Part shown: piece by piece, positions 40,753-51,300 of the stretch
Layout of the letters: every line of letters starts with the position of its first letter
How positions within the stretch are numbered: position 1 is the stretch's first letter
Assembly (NCBI GenBank): GCA_023205875.1
Contig: CP060756.1
Location: 930,001-994,000, forward strand
From: Chloropicon primus
Lineage: Eukaryota
Direction: 5' to 3'
Length of the DNA stretch: 64,000 bases
Notes under the pieces: generated by a model
What the model saw: the letters and a program-made list of their open reading frames with translations, nothing else
The model's database searches: none
What the model was told of the DNA's origin: nothing
Position numbers and translations under genes: made by a program

Positions 40753-41517
40753 TCACAAAGATTTGGGCTGCTGCGAGTCCTTGTGCCCGTGCACGGACTG
40801 GGTCTTCGTCTGGTTCCTGTCCGCGTACTTCTCCCTGTTCTTGCCGAAGGGCTGGAACACTTGGCGGAACTTGCTGTGCAGGTACCTCACCTTGTCTGGC
40901 GTGTCCGGCGTGAACCTCTTCTTTCCCGCGTTGTGCTTCTGGTTCAGCTCCCTCTCCCTGCCCTTGACGTAGCTCGACTGGAGCTGGTTCATCCTCTGGC
41001 GAAGCAGCAGCAAAAAGAAGAAGAGGAAGAAGAAGAAGGTGTTCCCGTGAGACGCACGCACACGTCAGGGGTCAGTCCAATCGCAGGGGAGAAAAGAAGT
41101 CGTCTCTCGTACCTGGGTGTGCACCTGGAGCCTGTCCAGGGCGTTCACACTCCGCCCGGCCTCGCTGATCGTGTTCAGCGAAGAGTTGTGAGCCCGGCCG
41201 ACCTTTGGCAGAAGCTTCGCCCGGAGCTTGCCCAAGTTGAACGCCTGCGGGCCCACCGCGGTCCTCCCCGTCGGACTCTCGTTCGTCTTCGCCCCACTGG
41301 GCGTCGCCCCCCCCTGCCTCTTCCCCTGGCGTGGCATCTGCTGCTTCTCGATTTTGCGGACCGGATCGTTCTTTCCTCGACTCCTCCTCAGGTCGTCTAA
41401 AGACGCTCGGTACGGGTAGCTCTTTGCGCGCTCCTTCGACGCTCTCGCACGCTGCGCCACGAGTCGCGGTGGTATCACAGAAGACAAAGAAGAAGAAGAC
41501 TCCCTCTCGCTCTCCAT
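40753..41517 (-). CDS. Hypothetical basic protein; exons 41517-41113 and 40995-40753
   Basis: CAG|GTAC donor, CTGAC branch-like sites, polypyrimidine tract and GCCAG acceptor join two ORFs in phase 0; no domain recognised. Confidence 0.6.
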
Positions 41518-41610
41518 AGTTTTTCGACGACGACAAGGACGGTTTCGAGACGTTTCGTTCCCCTTATCAAGGGGCCCTGACCTCGCGGACAAGGAAATGA
41601 AAATGAGTAG

Positions 41611-42483
41611 ATGAGCAGCTTGGTCTTGGCGCGGTTGGTGCGGAAGGCAAGGGGAGTGCGGACGCGACATCTCCCTGTGCCTGTGCCTGCTCCTGTCACC
41701 ACCAGCGGCAGGGCCTGGCCAGGAAGGTCTTCTCGTTCCTCCGGCTACGCGGAGATGGCTTCGAGGGGAGGGGGTGGCGTTGGTGGGAATTTGTCGTACC
41801 TGTCGCAGCAGGAGGCGATCAGGGTGGACGAGGAGCTGATGGGGCCGAGGCTGGGGTTCTCGGTCGACCAGCTGATGGAGCTGGCGGGCCTGAGCTGCGC
41901 GTGCGCGCTCGCGGAGGTGTACGACAAGGCGACGCACCCTGCTGTGCTCGTGTTTTGCGGTCCGGGGAACAACGGGGGGGACGGCCTGGTGGCAGCGAGG
42001 CACTTGACGCACTTTGGCCGGGACGTTCGCGTCTGCTATCCGAAGAGGACGGACAGGGAGCTCTACAAGGGGCTGGTCAAGCAGCTCGAGAGCTTGGGCG
42101 TCCCGTTTGTCGAGGTGGACGAGGCCATCGCCTCTCTGCCGGCGTGCAGCGTCGTCCTCGACGCCATGTTCGGCTTCAGCTTCAAGGGGGAGCCGAGGCC
42201 GCCCTTCAAGGCGGTCATCGAGGAGCTCTCGGGCTGCGGCAAGCCCATCGTGTCCGTGGACATCCCGAGCGGCTGGCACGTGGACCAGGAGGACGGCGGG
42301 GCCGAGGACCTCCTTCGACCGGAGATGCTGATATCTCTCACGGCGCCCAAGGAGTGCGCGAGGCGATTCAAGGGGAAGCATCACTTTCTGGGTGGGAGGT
42401 TCGTGCCCCCCGAGATCAGGGAGAGGTTCGGCCTCAGCCTTCCCGAATTCCCGGGCACCAGCCAGTGCGTCAGAATCTCCTAA
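41611..42483 (+). CDS. NAXE: NAD(P)HX epimerase (YjeF_N)
   Basis: DQLMELAGLS, CGPGNNGGDGLVAARHL, DAMFGFSF, VDIPSGW, LISLTAPK, LGGRFVP. Second in-frame ATG at 41755. Confidence 0.95.
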   Translation: MSSLVLARLVRKARGVRTRHLPVPVPAPVTTSGRAWPGRSSRSSGYAEMASRGGGGVGGNLSYLSQQEAIRVDEELMGPRLGFSVDQLMELAGLSCACALAEVYDKATHPAVLVFCGPGNNGGDGLVAARHLTHFGRDVRVCYPKRTDRELYKGLVKQLESLGVPFVEVDEAIASLPACSVVLDAMFGFSFKGEPRPPFKAVIEELSGCGKPIVSVDIPSGWHVDQEDGGAEDLLRPEMLISLTAPKECARRFKGKHHFLGGRFVPPEIRERFGLSLPEFPGTSQCVRIS

Positions 42484-42514
42484 AGCTCTTTACTTTTTTT
42501 TTTAATTCCTTGCA

Positions 42515-43507
42515 TCAATACTGCAGCCTCCTTTTCCCGGCGTTCAGCCTCTCCAGCGTCTCCATGGTCTCCGGGTTCTCCAACAGCTTCATCAGCGTCG
42601 ACAAGTTCTTGCTGCCGAGGGTCTTCCTCGTCTCCGAGTTCATGATAGAAAGTCTGAGGTCCGGGCTCGTGAGGTCAAACTTCTTGTACAGCAGCGCTTC
42701 CTGGTCCTGGAGCTGCCTGTCCTGCGTCTCGATGTTCGACGACAGCCTCTTGAACTCCTCCCTGATCTTGGTGAGAGCAACCTTCCCCTCCCGCCACTGC
42801 TCGTCAGACTTTCTCAGAAGGTTTTGCAGAGAAGTGAACTTCTTCCCAAGATTTTCGTTCGCTTCGACCACATCCTTCGCCTTGGCCTTCCACTCGTTCA
42901 CTTCGACCGTCTTCTGCGCGAGCTCCTCCATCTGGTCCTTGATGACCTCCCGCTGCAGCTCCGCGTGCTCCCTGAGCACTTGGACTGACGCGCTAGCTCC
43001 ACTGGGCTGACTCCTGGGCTGGGGGGGGCTGGCCGGGACAAAGTCCTCAACTCGGGGAATGCGTGTCACCAAGGGCGAGGTCGAGGGCGTCCGACCCTCG
43101 CTTGGGTTCAGTCGCACCCCAATGCGCACTCTCCCCCCGTCATCGCTGCTCTTGTCCCCCCCTCTCAGTGGTCTCAATTCGTACAGCTCAAAGTCTGAAT
43201 CTGAGACTCCGCAAAGCTCGCTCACCCTTTTCCTCAGGCCCTCCCCGTTGAGGTCTTCCCCCTTCCCGCTTATCGTGAAGGCGTCCTCGAGGGACATCCA
43301 GCTGCAAGTCGCCACCTTTCCCGCGGGGCGGTCCCCCGAGCGGTCCTCCCCTGCCCTCCCCCCTTCCCCTTCAACTCCTCCTCCCTCAATTGCCGCATTG
43401 GAAGACGGTGAAGTCTGCCCGCTTCCGGGCCGTGGAATCAAGGGCTCGTCGCTCGTGAGGTCGTCCATGCACAGCACCACGTCGTGCCTCTCCCTCTCCT
43501 CTTCCAT
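42515..43507 (-). CDS. Hypothetical coiled-coil protein
   Basis: Long ORF with C-terminal heptad region. Start placed at ATG 43507 because the upstream part is AT-rich and overlaps the end of the next gene; start uncertain. Confidence 0.65.
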   Translation of the reverse strand: MEEERERHDVVLCMDDLTSDEPLIPRPGSGQTSPSSNAAIEGGGVEGEGGRAGEDRSGDRPAGKVATCSWMSLEDAFTISGKGEDLNGEGLRKRVSELCGVSDSDFELYELRPLRGGDKSSDDGGRVRIGVRLNPSEGRTPSTSPLVTRIPRVEDFVPASPPQPRSQPSGASASVQVLREHAELQREVIKDQMEELAQKTVEVNEWKAKAKDVVEANENLGKKFTSLQNLLRKSDEQWREGKVALTKIREEFKRLSSNIETQDRQLQDQEALLYKKFDLTSPDLRLSIMNSETRKTLGSKNLSTLMKLLENPETMETLERLNAGKRRLQY

Positions 43508-43589
43508 CCTTGCGTACTGACAACCGACAACCCCTTCGTGGGCACTCAATTCCATTATAATATATATAGGATCATGATTATTTGATAAT

Positions 43590-44963
43590 CTATTGATCTC
43601 CTCCATCATTGAGAATCTTCCTGAGCTCTTCTGGGACTTTGTACCAATGCTCAAAGTAGCCCAGGGCATCCTTGATGAGGTCGAGCCTGTCCCTCACGTC
43701 CCCGGAGCCCAGCTTTTGCTCCAGGGTGCTCAAAGTGAGACAGCTCTTCGCATCGAACTCCTGAATCGCGTCCTGCCTCCTGAACACGAGGGCTATACTG
43801 CTCCTGGGAGCCCTCGCACCGGTGGAGTGGCAGCTCGAGCCCCAGTGAATAGTGTTGCCGAACCAGCACATGACGCTGCCGGCATCACCCGGAAGGGGTT
43901 GAATGCCATTCAGCGGGAAGGAGAGGAACTTTTTCCCTTTCATACTCCCTTCTGTCGACACTTGCATGTGCTCGTAGACTCCGTCCTTGTCAAAATTTGC
44001 GTCGAACTCTCGGGGGACCACGTACATGCACCCGTTCTCGAGCGTGACCGTGTTGAGTGGAATCCAAACCGAGAGGATCTTGGGGGAGCCGTCGCTGAAG
44101 GTGCTCGCGGAGTACGTGTAGTCGCGGTGCGGAAGGGCGAAGTTTGTCCCCATGTAACCAGGATTTTTGTTGTCCTTCTCATGGTTCAGGTGGAACGCAG
44201 CGATGGAGGGCTCAAGAACGCACGGGCCCTCCAAGATCTTCTCGACGCTGCTCCAGCACTGCTTGACCAGACCCCAGGGCTCGTCGTAGACAAAGGAAAA
44301 CACGGGAGGCCAATTGTGGTCCTGCAAAGCCTTGATGATCCCTCTCGTCCTTCGGGCGACCGTCTTCGACACCAAGTCCTCCAGGCTGAGGAAGCCCCTC
44401 TCAAGCAATCTTTCTCGAGACGCTTGGGATTCGCTCGTCGAGAGGGTCCTCCCCTCCCCAACCCCTCGCCCTCCCAGGCAACAACTCGCCTTGGGGAGAT
44501 CTGGGTTGTCGCCCACCAGATTTTGCCAGTACTCAAAGCGCGTCAGCAGTTCGTGGTTCATTCCGGGATTCGCCTCTGGCTTTGGTCCGCTCCCCTCCCC
44601 CTCCTCCTCCTCCTCCTCGCTGCTTGTGTCGTCGTAAGCTCCCCGGATCTCCTCGGCTTGGGCTTCCCTGCGATACAGATGTCCCAACCTCTCCCTCAGG
44701 ATGTCGCACGCCCTGTCTATTGCCGTTTCCATGTCCTTCTCCTGCTCCAGGCAATCGATCGCCGCCACGAGCGCCGACTTCTCCTCCTTGTCGTGCATCT
44801 GGGCCTCCCTCACTGTCGCCTCCTTCACGATGGATTCCTTCAGCTTCTGCATGCGAACCTTCAGCTTCACCTTGCTCTGTGAATCTTGGGGTCCCATCTG
44901 AGACCCGAGCAAGGTCGCCGCCATCAGGGTTGGAACTTTCTTCTGTGCTGTTGCCTCTGCCAT
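43590..44963 (-). CDS. Phytanoyl-CoA dioxygenase (PhyH)-family 2OG-Fe(II) oxygenase with N-terminal coiled-coil extension
   Basis: PHRDY (HxD), SVWIPL...ENGCMYVVP, HWGS...RSSI. Confidence 0.88.
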   Translation of the reverse strand: MAEATAQKKVPTLMAATLLGSQMGPQDSQSKVKLKVRMQKLKESIVKEATVREAQMHDKEEKSALVAAIDCLEQEKDMETAIDRACDILRERLGHLYRREAQAEEIRGAYDDTSSEEEEEEGEGSGPKPEANPGMNHELLTRFEYWQNLVGDNPDLPKASCCLGGRGVGEGRTLSTSESQASRERLLERGFLSLEDLVSKTVARRTRGIIKALQDHNWPPVFSFVYDEPWGLVKQCWSSVEKILEGPCVLEPSIAAFHLNHEKDNKNPGYMGTNFALPHRDYTYSASTFSDGSPKILSVWIPLNTVTLENGCMYVVPREFDANFDKDGVYEHMQVSTEGSMKGKKFLSFPLNGIQPLPGDAGSVMCWFGNTIHWGSSCHSTGARAPRSSIALVFRRQDAIQEFDAKSCLTLSTLEQKLGSGDVRDRLDLIKDALGYFEHWYKVPEELRKILNDGGDQ

Positions 44964-45091
44964 CCCGAACCACTGCCGATCGACCGTGGTGAACAAGACG
45001 GGAACCCTCGCCTGGCTCTCGCTCACCAAGTGGTGAAAGGCCTAGTCTCTCTCTCTCAATTCCTTCAGCTGTCGCAGTCGTTCGTTTGAGG

Positions 45092-46073
45092 ATGTCGTCG
45101 TTGGGAGCCGTGCAGGCGGACGGGTACTATTGTGAGTGAGGGGCGGGGAGGGAGCGGCGGTGTCTTACGACTCGGGTCCTGACTTTCGTGTTCTTCTCTT
45201 CTCTTCTCTTCCCTTCTCTTCCCGTTCGCCAGACCCGCCCGAGTACGATGGACGGAAGCATGGCGGGTTGAACTCGTTCAGGAAGAGCCACGCCCTAGGC
45301 AAGCGGGCGAAGAAGCTCAAGTCGGAGGGAGTCCTCGTGGTCCGGTTCGAGATGCCCTTCAACGTCACGTGCTCCGGCTGCTCCAACACCATAGGGAAGG
45401 GGGTTCGTTTCAACGCCGAGAAGAGGCAGGAGGTAAGTTCCCCTCACCTCCTGAGGGTCGATGAAGCTGTTCAAGTCACGTTCGCTAACGCTCTTTGTGT
45501 GGTTGCTCCCAGGGATCCTATTACACCACGAAGATATGGAAGTTCCGCATGAGAAGCCCCTGCTGCAAGGACAACTTCATAGAGGTGAAGACGGACCCGA
45601 AGAACACGGACTACATCGTGACTCTCGGAGCGACCCGCAAGAGGGACTCGCTCGTGGAGGCGGGGCGGCCAGGGGAAGGCAACCTCGTGATCGACCTCGC
45701 GGACGAGGACCAGAGGAACAGCGTGGGCAACGCGTTCGAGAAGCTGGAGAAGAGCCGAGAGCAAATGAGTGCGGCGTCCAGGGCCAACAAGGAGATCGAA
45801 GAGCTGAAACGACACAGCAGGGCGACGACGCAGAGGGACTACGCGATGAACCGTCAGCTGAGAAGGTCGAACCGCAGCAAGAGGAACAGGGAGAAGGCCT
45901 TGGTCTCGGAGGGGAAGGCCCTCGGGTTAAGCTCGTCGATCAAACTCCTTCCAAAATTGAAGGACGAGCCTGGGGCAACGAGCTTTGCCGTGCTGAAGAG
46001 CAGAAGCCTTTCGGCGGCGGCGAGCTCGAGGGCGAAGAGGAGGAAGATCAGAAAGCAGAGCATCTTCGGATAG
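45092..46073 (+). CDS. CWC16/Yju2-family splicing factor (CCDC130/YJU2B-like); exons 45092-45131, 45233-45432, 45513-46073
   Basis: Spliced [19 protein letters not shown]...[14 protein letters not shown]...GVRFNAEK..|[13 protein letters not shown]...TDPKNTDY. Both GT-AG introns preserve frame. Confidence 0.93.
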
Positions 46074-46117
46074 GAGCTTGTTACAATATATGTGTAATCA
46101 TGTACATCATTTCGACC

Positions 46118-46424
46118 CCTGCGTCTTCGCTTCCAGCATTCTCCAGTTGCCCATGATGTTCGTCTTGGGGATCGCGGCCCTCACCGTCGGCGGGGACTGC
46201 GTCAGCCTTTACCACGTTCCGATGTACGACCAGATGCTGATGTTGTATGCCTCCACGCTCTCGGCCCCTTTCTCTTCCTTCTTGCGTTTGTGGAATCATG
46301 GTGCTTGAGGCGGACGTTCCCTGGCCCTTGAAAGTTTTCTGCTACATCCTTCCTTTGAAGCACGTTTTGAAGAGTGCGATGCATACCGTCCTTCACGAGA
46401 CCACGTTCCGCGGAGCGATTTTGG
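46118..46424 (+). pseudogene. Degenerate internal fragment of the ABCG gene (source ~24860-25240)
   Basis: Near-identical to the ABCG membrane-domain coding sequence, with a ~75-nt net internal deletion, point changes and a small indel; no ABC start and no NBD. Confidence 0.93.
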
Positions 46425-46712
46425 TCCAAGGCAAGACACACACGTGTGCCGCGAGTCCAAGACTCCAACCCTCTGTGCTGCTTTCGGTTACTGATGAATC
46501 GAATCGTCCCTTTTTTGGGGGGGGGTCCAAGACTCGATCTTGGGCATCCAGGTCTAGGCTCTGGACTACTAATCCTAAATTTAGGACACAACGGGACTGG
46601 ATTGATTGACCATCGAAGTCGGTCAACTAGGAGGGGGGAGAAGAGAGAGGAGAGAGGAGAGGGAGGAGAACCCCGAGAGGAGTGAAGGAGACGAGCGAGG
46701 AGTGAAGGAGTG

Positions 46713-48284
46713 ATGGGGAAGAAGGGGAAGGGGAAGGGGAAAGGGGATGATGGGCCAAAACCCATTGAGGAGCCGGAGCCGGACGAGGAGGAGAGGGAGC
46801 TCTTGGAGAGGGAGCTCTTGATAAACCATCTGAAGCTCAGGCTGGGGGCGACGCAGACCAGAGGGGATGAGCTCGAGTCCGAGAACAAGGACTTGCACGA
46901 GGAAGTTGGGACGCAGAGGTCGAAGCTCGAGGACATCACCCAGTACCTGAACAAGGAAATAAAGGAGAAGGAGACGGTTATCAACGAGTTGGAGCAGAAG
47001 GTTTCGAATTTGGAGCAAACCATTGAGAACTTGAAGAGTGACTCCAAGGACGAGATAGGGCGGCTGGAGGAGGAGAAGGAGAACGAGATCCAGGAGCTGA
47101 ATGCGAAGATCAACGAGTACGAGGACCAGCTCAAGAACTTGAAGGAGTTCCAGGAAAGGAAGAACGCCTTGGAGGAGGAACTCGGTGAGCTGAAGACTCT
47201 GGTCCAGAAGGAGAGAAAGAAGCATGACTCGAGAATTAACGACCTGGAGCGCAAGGCGGTCCAGGACAAGGACAAGCTCAAGAAGGAGTGGCAGATCAAG
47301 CTGAAGGAGACGAGGTCGAACATGATGAAGCTCACTGACGACCACCTGAAGGCAACGACGAAGAGGACCATCATGGAAAACCAGCAGTACTATAGCGAGC
47401 TCGCGTACCAGTCGAGGCAGACCGAGAAGCTGCTCCAGAAGAACGAGCTTCTGCTCAGCGAGAACGCGGGGTTCAAGAGGAGGATAGAGCTCTCCGTGCA
47501 AACGGAGGACGAGCTCGCAAAGAAATGCAACGTGTACCAAAACACCGTGAAGAGCTTGTACTCGAAGGTGGTGAAAGAGACCGCCAGAAGAAAAGAAGCG
47601 GAGAAGTTGGTTCAAAAACTTTCTGTGAACTTAAAGGACCACGAGACCGAGAACTCGACCTTGAAGAGCGCGGTGGAAGAGAACGAGGACCTCCTGGAGA
47701 CGGTGAAGCACAACTTGGACAACAAGGTCGAAGAGATTAAGGACTACCTGAGGTCCAGAAACGAGTTGGAGGCCTTCCTGGTGGCAAGCCTTGAGGACTG
47801 TAGGAGAGCTGCTGAGGGAGAAATGGCGGAGGAGGACGAGAAGGCGCCCCTGCCTGCTAGAATCGTGGACTACAACGCTCAGCAGAGGCAGAACCTCCTG
47901 CAAGATATCTTGCAGAAATTAGATGCGGAGTACGAGGGCGGAAGAGGTCTCCAAACGAGCAGCACCGCCAGATCAGGCTCGAACAACATATACATGCCGT
48001 CCCTCTCCAGCAGCAGACCTTATAGCTCCAACCTCCAATTCTTAGACGGGGTCATCGATGGAAACGAAGCGGGGGATATCTTCAACGTGACAGGTGCACC
48101 AGACAAGTCTGCCAAGTCGACGGTTGGCATCCAGACCTCTGCCCTCTTCACTCCTGAGGTTGAATTCTTCAGGCAGACGATCAAGGGGCGAGAAAGGAAG
48201 TGGGGTGAGATGGCCCAGTCACTGCCTCTGACGCACAGGGATACGCGCACGTTCCTGCGCAAAGCAAAGCCGCAGGACTTGTAA
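46713..48284 (+). CDS. CFAP157: Cilia- and flagella-associated protein 157-like coiled-coil protein
   Basis: MGKKGKGK N-terminus, long coiled coil, TTKRTIMENQQ...ELAYQSRQTEKL segment typical of the CFAP157 family. Confidence 0.7.
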   Translation: MGKKGKGKGKGDDGPKPIEEPEPDEEERELLERELLINHLKLRLGATQTRGDELESENKDLHEEVGTQRSKLEDITQYLNKEIKEKETVINELEQKVSNLEQTIENLKSDSKDEIGRLEEEKENEIQELNAKINEYEDQLKNLKEFQERKNALEEELGELKTLVQKERKKHDSRINDLERKAVQDKDKLKKEWQIKLKETRSNMMKLTDDHLKATTKRTIMENQQYYSELAYQSRQTEKLLQKNELLLSENAGFKRRIELSVQTEDELAKKCNVYQNTVKSLYSKVVKETARRKEAEKLVQKLSVNLKDHETENSTLKSAVEENEDLLETVKHNLDNKVEEIKDYLRSRNELEAFLVASLEDCRRAAEGEMAEEDEKAPLPARIVDYNAQQRQNLLQDILQKLDAEYEGGRGLQTSSTARSGSNNIYMPSLSSSRPYSSNLQFLDGVIDGNEAGDIFNVTGAPDKSAKSTVGIQTSALFTPEVEFFRQTIKGRERKWGEMAQSLPLTHRDTRTFLRKAKPQDL

Positions 48285-48357
48285 GAAAGCTCTGTGCTGC
48301 TGTAAAGATGTAAAACAAATTCATAAATTAACTAAAAATACAAACGCGACTTGGTCC

Positions 48358-51300
48358 TCAACCGACCAACAGCCGCAAATCCTCGTTCTCTATTTCTACT
48401 TGCTTGAGCCTCTGCTGAAGCATCTTCGCTGTCCGGCGCTCGTAGTTCAACATCCCCACCATTTCCTGCAGTTGGCTCTTGAGGTGTTGAAGCTCTGCCG
48501 TTGCCTCGTTTGCCTGGACAACAAGCTTTTCGTTGGTCTGTCGCTGCATCTTGGTCGCCCTCGTCTGCGCTTGCAGCCTGCCTATGGCGTCCTGCCGCGC
48601 CCTTTCCACCTCCACCAACCGTTTCCGCAGCTTCACGATATCGGCTTGAAGGCTATCCTGCTTGTCAGCCGGGCCCACCCACTCTCTCCTCTTCTTCTTT
48701 TTCGCCTTTGCGGGCCACGGGTCGCCCCCTTGCATCGAGACGTCATACTGGTCCCCTCCCCCTGGGAAGTGGCTGTTCATCATCTGGGCGTGCCTGTTGT
48801 CCTTGGGTGGGTGCGTTCTGCTCTGCATCGACTGGATGGTTTCTGTGACATTTGGAAGCTCGTACTTGGCGCTCAAGGCTTGAATGAAGGCCAAGAGCTG
48901 GTTCCTCTCCTTGGTCAAGGTGGTGACTTCCATGGAAAGCGCGTAGAGACGGTTCTTCAACTGATCAGCATCCTCGGCTCCGTCCACAAAATCCTCTGGA
49001 ATGACCCCTTCAAACCTCTTGATCTGCTCAATGAGTTGAGCGCGATCCTTCTCCAGCGCCAGGACCTTCTTTTCAGCGTACGCAAGCTTCTCTTGGGCCT
49101 CCCGGGCCGCGACAATTGCAGCGCCGCCAATGACCTGGTTCTGCTTTCCGCTCTCCTCGCTTTCCCTGACACCCAGAATCGTGGCAATCCTTCTCCGATA
49201 CAGCTGGATATCCAGCTCCATGTTCTTCACCTTTTCCTTCTCCTTCCTCAGATGGCTCTCCAGGGTGTTCGCATAGTTCATGGCCGCGCCTCCGGGAAGC
49301 GACCGGCCCTTGTCCGAATTGTCATCCAGGGTGGCCGGGTCGATGTCCAGCTTTTTCGCAAAATCGTTCCTGTCCTTCAAGGCGACCTGCAGCTGCTCCT
49401 TGAGCTTCACGTTCTCGTGCGTCAGGGCATCTACTTCCTTTTCCTTCTTTTTCATCTTTTCAAGCTTCGCGGTGGCCTGAAGAACGGCCTTTTCGTGCTC
49501 CTTGGTCAGAGATATAAGCTCTTTGCGATGCCTCTCCATGGTGGCCAGCTCGGCTGACATCACGACTATCGAGTCAACAGCAAGCCTCAGCCTGTCAGCC
49601 AGGCCCTCGGCCTGTCCCTTGCCGCCGATGAGATCCTCCAGTTTGTTGCAGCTCTCTTCCATGTCTTGCCTCTCAGCTTGCAGCATGCTTTCCTGATTCA
49701 ATCTGATCGCGATCTCCTCCTTGAACTTGTCCTTTGCCTTGACGATCCTCCTCAGCTCATCTCTCTCTGCTCTCATCACCCTGACCGCGTACAAGATGTC
49801 CTCTGGCTTCTGCTCCCTGCCGCCTCCGCCACTCCTCCCCACCCCAGCGGCTCTCGCGATGCTCAGCAAGGCCTTCTCAATGGGCACGGATTGCCCCCTG
49901 TGCTTCTTGCCCGCCACCGCCGGGAGATCAAGGTGCACAGGGGAAGGAGGGGGGCTGTCCGAAATTCCTTTTGCTTTCATCGCCTCGAGCCTGTCGCTAA
50001 GATTCACGTTGTCGGCCTCCAATTCGACGACCTTGGCTTCAAGCTCTCGCACAAGCTCTGCTTCTTTCCCCTTCTCTTCCTTGTTCTTCAGCTCCTGCTG
50101 CAGCACCTGGATCTCCCTCTTGTACTGCTTCACGAGGGCGTTGTCAGAGACAACCTCGTTGACAAGAACGCGGTTCGTGACCGTCTTTGCTCTTGCTGCA
50201 AACCGAAGGGTGTGAGACGTCTCCTCCGCGTGCAGGCTCGCGTGGGACATGGTTGCCACGATGACCGTCCTTGCATTTCCTCCCAAGCTGGGCTGCAGGA
50301 TCCTCGTCAGGTTGCTGTTCCTGTAAGGAATGAAATCGCCGGGCCGCCCAAGAGCAAGCTTGGAGATGACGTTACCCAGCTGCATCAGACTCAGGTTGAT
50401 CTGAGTGCTTTCTTGCGCCCGGATCCCAACATTTCCGCTCTTGGCAAGCCTCTCGCTTCCAGCTAGATCCACAAAGTTCAAGGTCGACACTCTGAGGAAT
50501 CCTTTTGACTTCTTTCCGGACTCGCCCTTGTGCCTGCTTTCGATGACCATCCTGAAGATGGTGTGAGAACGACTACTTTCGAGGTTGAGCTTGGTAGCAC
50601 CGGTCTGTCTCCTGTGCAAGCCCTTGGATATCAGGGTCTTCATCCTCTGCTTGTCCTTGACAACCTCCTCTTGCAGTCCATTCACTTTCACTCCGAGAAC
50701 GGGGTCTTCCTTGATCTGCAGTCGCTCTCCTGCGTGCCATCTGTTCTGAGGCGGCGCGAGAAGGTCCCGCAGCTCCTCGTTGTAAATCTCAAGCATCCCG
50801 ACCTTGAGCGTGTGCTCGTACGCCGAGGAGGGGGATGAAATCTGACTGAAGATGTCGTTGATCGCGAGCATCAAAACTCCAGGGTTGTTAGGCGTCCCCA
50901 GGATCGTGTGCGTCTTGCCACTTCCCGTCTGGCCGTAAGCAAAAATTGTTCCGTTGATCCCCTCGAGCGCCGACCTTACGATCGACCTCACGCTCTGGTT
51001 GTACACGCCCGAGGTGTCGCTGGTGTCGTTGTACACCTTATCGAAAGCGTACGAGACGACCCCCCTATGGTCTCTGCTTTGACGCTGCTGCACCTCCCCG
51101 TAAAAATGTTTCGCGTGCCGTAATCGCACGTCGTCTCTGAGGGTGACACACCCGTTCCCCTCGTCGATTGCCCAGGCGGACACCGTCCTCTTCTCCAGGG
51201 GGCGTGCCCTGATGATCACCTGGATCTTCTCCTCCTTCTGGGAGTGCGCAATGCTGTGGCCCTTCGAGGTGAGCTGCTTCAGCTCCGAGTCCTTGCCCAG

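Noticed and set aside
46606..46630. TTGACC...GGTCAA hairpin followed by CTAG downstream of the ABCG fragment, suggesting a Helitron 3' end with gene capture
   Set aside because: The hairpin abuts CTAG without the usual spacer, CTAG is not followed by T, and no second copy or Rep/helicase gene is present in the window.
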